A DNA stretch of 63,313 nt, filler included, from Olpidium bornovanus S191 (taxonomy: Eukaryota; Fungi; Olpidiomycota): the NCBI GenBank assembly GCA_017911155.1. It is 28 parts of 28 records of this genome, joined end to end, with 100 filler letters (N's around TTAATTAATTAA, not from the genome) between each part and the next. Parts side by side here need not be neighbours in the genome. Positions count along the whole stretch, not along the records: positions 54,120 to 60,477 come from JAEFCI010002270.1; positions 60,578 to 63,313 come from JAEFCI010011763.1; 26 more parts are not named here. One strand, 5' to 3'. The position numbers and the translations under genes were made by a program. Shown here piece by piece: positions 59,134-63,313 of this stretch; within the stretch, counting starts at the first letter, position 1; the number at the start of each line of letters is the position of its first letter. A model generated the notes under the pieces. It made no database searches and was not told where the DNA came from. It saw nothing but the letters and a program-made list of their open reading frames with translations.

Positions 59134-60577
59134 GAGACTAATTCTCGATACCTCCTTCCGGCATTTGTGCCAGGGGGCAGGGGCGCGGGCAGGAGGAAGG
59201 GAGTCTCAGCTCGTTCCGATCGACCATGGGACGTTGGCAGTCGCTGCGTGAGCTCAGAATCACGCTGCGATCTGCAAACTCTGGGCAACACTTACAACGC
59301 CTTGCGCTCTGCGTGCGTCGTGCTGCACAGCCCGTTGATGAATGGCGGAAGGAAGAATGGCCAGTAGGCCCTGGCGATGTTCAGGCCGCCCCTGGGCGTG
59401 GTGCACAGGGGGACGGCGCGCAGGCCATTCACACCGCGACACCGGCCAGAAGTTCCCAGAGCGAGTAAAGGAACGCTGTTTGAAGCAAAAGCTGTCGCTG
59501 GACAGCTCCGAGCCGGAGGGGCGCGGTTTCCACGGCAGATTGGTTCGTTGCGCAGTAGTCCCCTCTTGAATTGGTTCGGATATTACGTCCAGTTCGTCTG
59601 AAATCAAGTAAGTCTTTCTGGATTTCAAGGAACATCCGGGCCACCGGCACATCGGCGAAAAATGGTGCTTCCTCAACGCGGGGTGCGCCGTGTTCCGGGT
59701 TTTTCTCGCTCGTGCTCCACGGCCTGCAGGGATCCGCAACACCAGCGCGATCCAGCTTTTGCAGGCGAATAAAACGCTTCTGCCGCGTTTGGGCAACAAA
59801 TTTCAATGGCAGCTGCAAGCTTCGCCTAGGTTTGCTGTGCTTTAACCAATATAGACGTACATCAAAACCTCTCGCGAAAAGGTTAAGTCGGGCGTCCCAC
59901 CCGTTGAGTTGGGCATCAAAACTTCGTCCGTAAATGCGCCGCAGAACAGGGCGAGTCAGAAGCGAATCGACCCCGGTGTTCGATGAGAACCTTCCCCACC
60001 CTTATCCCTTTTGTCCGCATAAAAATTCTGTCAACGTCAGGGGAAGAGACAAAGGCGGTAGCGCTAATTATAACTTTTACGGGCATCGACGATGGTGGTG
60101 GTGGGGGGAGGGGGCGTGGGGCGTTGCTGCGTGCGACTTGCTGGTGGTGCGCGCGCAACGGTGCGTAAAAAGGGGCACAAGGCGGGCGCGAGGGCAGGTG
60201 CGCAACGATGCCTACGGGCGCACGAACTGACATCGAAAGACGGTAAAATGTTTACATCTACGTTCTGTGCTGCTAGACCTCGGCTGTCGACTGACAACAA
60301 CTTCTCATTTGGACAATCAGATTGTCGCGGAATTCACGGTGCACGCCGAATACACCGGTTGCTTTTGCCTGCCCTGAAACCTCAGGCATTGGTCTATTGG
60401 TTTTGTCGGGATCCGGCAATCGAAAGGGGCCCGGCCGAAAAGTCGACCAAATTTCCTATGCGGCACCCGCGCGCATGNNNNNNNNNNNNNNNNNNNNNNN
60501 NNNNNNNNNNNNNNNNNNNNNTTAATTAATTAANNNNNNNNNNNNNNNNNNNNNNNNNNNNNNNNNNNNNNNNNNNN

Positions 60578-60611
<34 letters not shown>

Positions 60612-60644
60612 CCACCGCCCCCGGCTCTCACGTCGCGGCCGATA

Positions 60645-60699
60645 ATGGACGTGAAGGCACAGCCGCCGACGTGGGGAGCGCGGGCGCGCGCCATCGGCC

Positions 60700-60730
<31 letters not shown>

Positions 60731-61323
60731 GGCCTCGCCGTCGTCGCCTTCCGCCCTCTCGCCCGCGACCTCGTCGAGGCCCCGGTCCGCCGGAACGCCC
60801 AGGCAGACGCCCGCCGACGCCTCCTATTCCGCCTCCGCCTCCCCCTCCTCCTGCGCCTCCGCCTCCGCCTTCTCCCCGGCGGCGGCGGCCGCCGCCGCCG
60901 CCGCCCACGCCGCCGCCGCCAACAGCTGCTGCAACAGCGCCGACATCTCCCCCGCCGCGTCGCTGCCCAACTCGCTGAGCTCGAGCCTCGGCCTGAGCTC
61001 CAGCTTCGCCCTGGCGTCGCACCTCCTCGCCGCTCCCACGCCCATCAACACGCCGATCTTCGGCTCCGCGTATATCCACCGGGCCGCCCGGCTCCCCCCC
61101 GGAGCGCCCGCCGACGGCCGGGAGGGAACCGCCGCCGGCGGCGGCGGCGGCGGCGGCGCGTGCGAGAACGCGGCCGCCGGAATCATCGACTTCAGGAAGT
61201 GGCTGGTCCGGTCGCGGCCTCCCCGGAGGTGGGTGGGAGAGGACGAGGACACGGAAGGCGAAGCGGACGGCGTCGTCGACATCGAGGAGGAACCCGAGGA
61301 TGACGACGAGGTGGAAGCGGGAC

Positions 61324-61364
<41 letters not shown>

Positions 61365-61544
61365 GCGGAGAAAGAGGGGGAGGAGGAGGAGGAGAACCTC
61401 GACGACGACGACGACGACGACGTCGAAAACGAAGGGGACGCGACCCGGAAGGGCCAGGCGATACCGCACCCGCGAAGGTAACCGGCGGCGTTTTTGCCGT
61501 CGCCGTTTTTGCCGTCGCCCCCTTCGCCAAAAACTGCACTTTTG

Positions 61545-61588
<44 letters not shown>

Positions 61589-62038
61589 AAGAAGAGTACG
61601 GCGCTCATCAAACCTTTCCAGGTGATACCCGCCCCTCGCCCTTCCTGGGCCGCGGTCCGCCGGCATTGCCAAACCCCGTTGAAGATATTATCACGTACGC
61701 AGAACGAAATAACGGATAGTCGTTCTTTTATCACTTTTCCCCTCACACCAATTATGTCTTGTTTTTGCTCGCAGGCGGGTCGGTATTCTGCACCCCCCCC
61801 CCCCCCCCCCCCCCACACACACCCACACACACACACGCGCGCGCGCGCGAATATATTCTTTTACTTTTTCCTGTTTTTTTTTCTTTTTTTTTTTTCTCTT
61901 AGAAACGACCTTGCTTTCCCGTTCTGCCACATCCCCAAACCCCCTCCCCCTCTCCTTCTCTGTTTCCCCTTACATTGCAGGGCCCCCATGTTCGTCGTCG
62001 ACATTATATGCTCGTCTTGCATGCGCTGTATCAGTACA
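60645..62038 (+). CDS. Hypothetical protein: Ala/Ser-rich then Asp/Glu-rich exon (60645-61478), plus a possible CxxC exon (61981-62040)
   Basis: ATG-led frame ending at an AG|gtaacc donor. The phase-compatible next exon reads APMFVVDIICSSCMRCIST. No family recognised. Confidence 0.45.
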
Positions 62039-62320
62039 GGTGGTACCGTGACAAGTTTGCTGCCTGTCTTCGTCCGGTCTCCGTTTTTTCGCTGCGGCCG
62101 GTCGGCCGGCGCTCCGCTCGTTGCCTTTTGATTCATCGGGCCGGCAGCCAACCCTTGCTTCAGCGAACCATGTGCGCGTCCCAAACGTGGGGTGACGAAC
62201 CAAGTCGACCGCCAACTCAACACACGTCCAAAGTATCGCACAGTGTCCGTTGTCGCATTCACGTTTCCCTATCTTCCTTCCCTGTTAATCACTAGTAAGA
62301 ACCCGCACCCGGAAAGTATC

Positions 62321-62426
62321 GCATGGACTAGTTCGGGCAGATAAACGATGGAGTGGAATAGTTTGGGCTGATAGGCTAGTTCGGCCTGAGAACCGCTGGC
62401 ATGGACTAGTTCGGGCTGAGAACCGC
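62321..62426. repeat. Four degenerate copies of TAGTTCGGGCTGA(GAACCGC)
   Basis: GCATGGACTAGTTCGGGC at 62321 and 62399, with variants at about 62359 and 62377. Confidence 0.75.
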
Positions 62427-62553
62427 AGTTCGAGGCGTTGATAGGGATGCGGTCAGCGGAAGCTAGGTTGAAGTCTAACACCTTCCCCCCCACCTCCCCG
62501 CCCCACTCAACCACGACCACCACCACCACCACCACCACACCTCTTCGTCCTCC

Positions 62554-63313
62554 TTACCAAGGAAGAGGTTTAATGTGCCAGATCTGGATAAGGTGCAGGA
62601 GTACGAGTTCCGTAAGAAGTTGTCCTGTTGCGGCACGAGCAAAGCAAAAAGCACAAAAAGAAGTCCAAAATCCGCACCTGCTCCGCGTACTCTTTCACCG
62701 CGCGGTCCCTGCGTAGCGTGAATGCAAGAAAACACGCGTGAACGGATTTGTCCTCTCGCAACCCACCCGCCCCCCCCATCCCCTCCACCTTTGTCCGAAA
62801 AATCACGTAAAATCGAAAACGCCAATTGCGAAGCGAAAATGTTTTCCCGTATTTCGGCGGAGAAAAAAAAACGCCCGTCGCTGCTTACGAAGAAAATTTG
62901 CCCATGTTGGCCGTGCACAGGATCGATTTCTTGACCCACTGGGCCCTGTTCTTGTAACACTCGTTGGCGGTCTTCTGCGCGGTCAGATCTGGAAACGCGA
63001 GACCCGTCATCAGACATTGAAATAACCTGCTTTAAAACATGTGGACGATAATAGGCGTACACGCGTCAAAGTCAACCGAGATGAGGTAGAAATCGCCTCC
63101 GGTCGTGAGGGTGCTTAAAAGCGAGGTGAAAACGCTGGGAGTGCCAAAGTCGCCCCGGCTGATCGAGTCGATGACAGCCCGGAGATCGGCGTTCATGCCC
63201 CTCCCGTGATAGCGCTGTGCGTGTCGCAAATCAGAAACTTCCTCCGTCTTGGCACCGAAGAAAAAGATGTTTTCCTCGCCAATTTCTTCCCCGATCTCGA
63301 TGTTTGCTCCGTC
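62554..63313 (-). CDS. GPH1: Glycogen phosphorylase, C-terminal part, 4 exons visible
   Basis: DGANIEIGEEIGEENIFFFG..DFYLISVDFDA|YLTAQ..WVKKSILCTANMGKFSS|DRAVKEYAEQ|IWHIKPLPW*. Confidence 0.96.

Noticed and set aside
1-63313. Apparent gene clustering (e.g. talin near IQGAP, or DRC7 next to the Gypsy remnant)
   Set aside because: The genes lie on separate contigs joined artificially, so adjacency is uninformative.

Overview
This window is not one continuous locus. It is 28 short contigs joined by 27 identical 100-nt artificial linkers (N44-TTAATTAATTAA-N44), so gene neighbourhood across linkers carries no biological meaning. The DNA is GC-rich, intron-rich eukaryotic sequence from a fungus: it encodes a division-2 chitin synthase and MTD1, TAM41 and YAR1-type genes. 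The fungus appears zoosporic (flagellated), because it carries the axonemal N-DRC subunit DRC7/CCDC135 and a talin rod. An Olpidium- or chytrid-like organism is my inference, not something I can prove from sequence alone. Recognisable genes, mostly partial, are eRF1, TAM41, a type-IIC-like P-type ATPase, HIU hydrolase, an alginate-lyase-domain family protein, MTD1, RNA14, COG8, importin-beta, chitin synthase, ATP7, DRC7, an amidase C-terminus, talin, IQGAP, ADA3, YAR1, an F-box/LRR protein and glycogen phosphorylase. There are also remnants of Ty3/Gypsy LTR elements, two of which share a GGTTATGAGCCC primer-binding site. The best leads are talin, an apparently self-priming LTR element, the PQGL-type ATPase, the glycosyltransferase-like/degenerate-lyase fusion protein and frequent AAG splice acceptors. 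All homology calls are from manual recognition of motifs; no searches were run. I found no rRNA, tRNA or CRISPR array.
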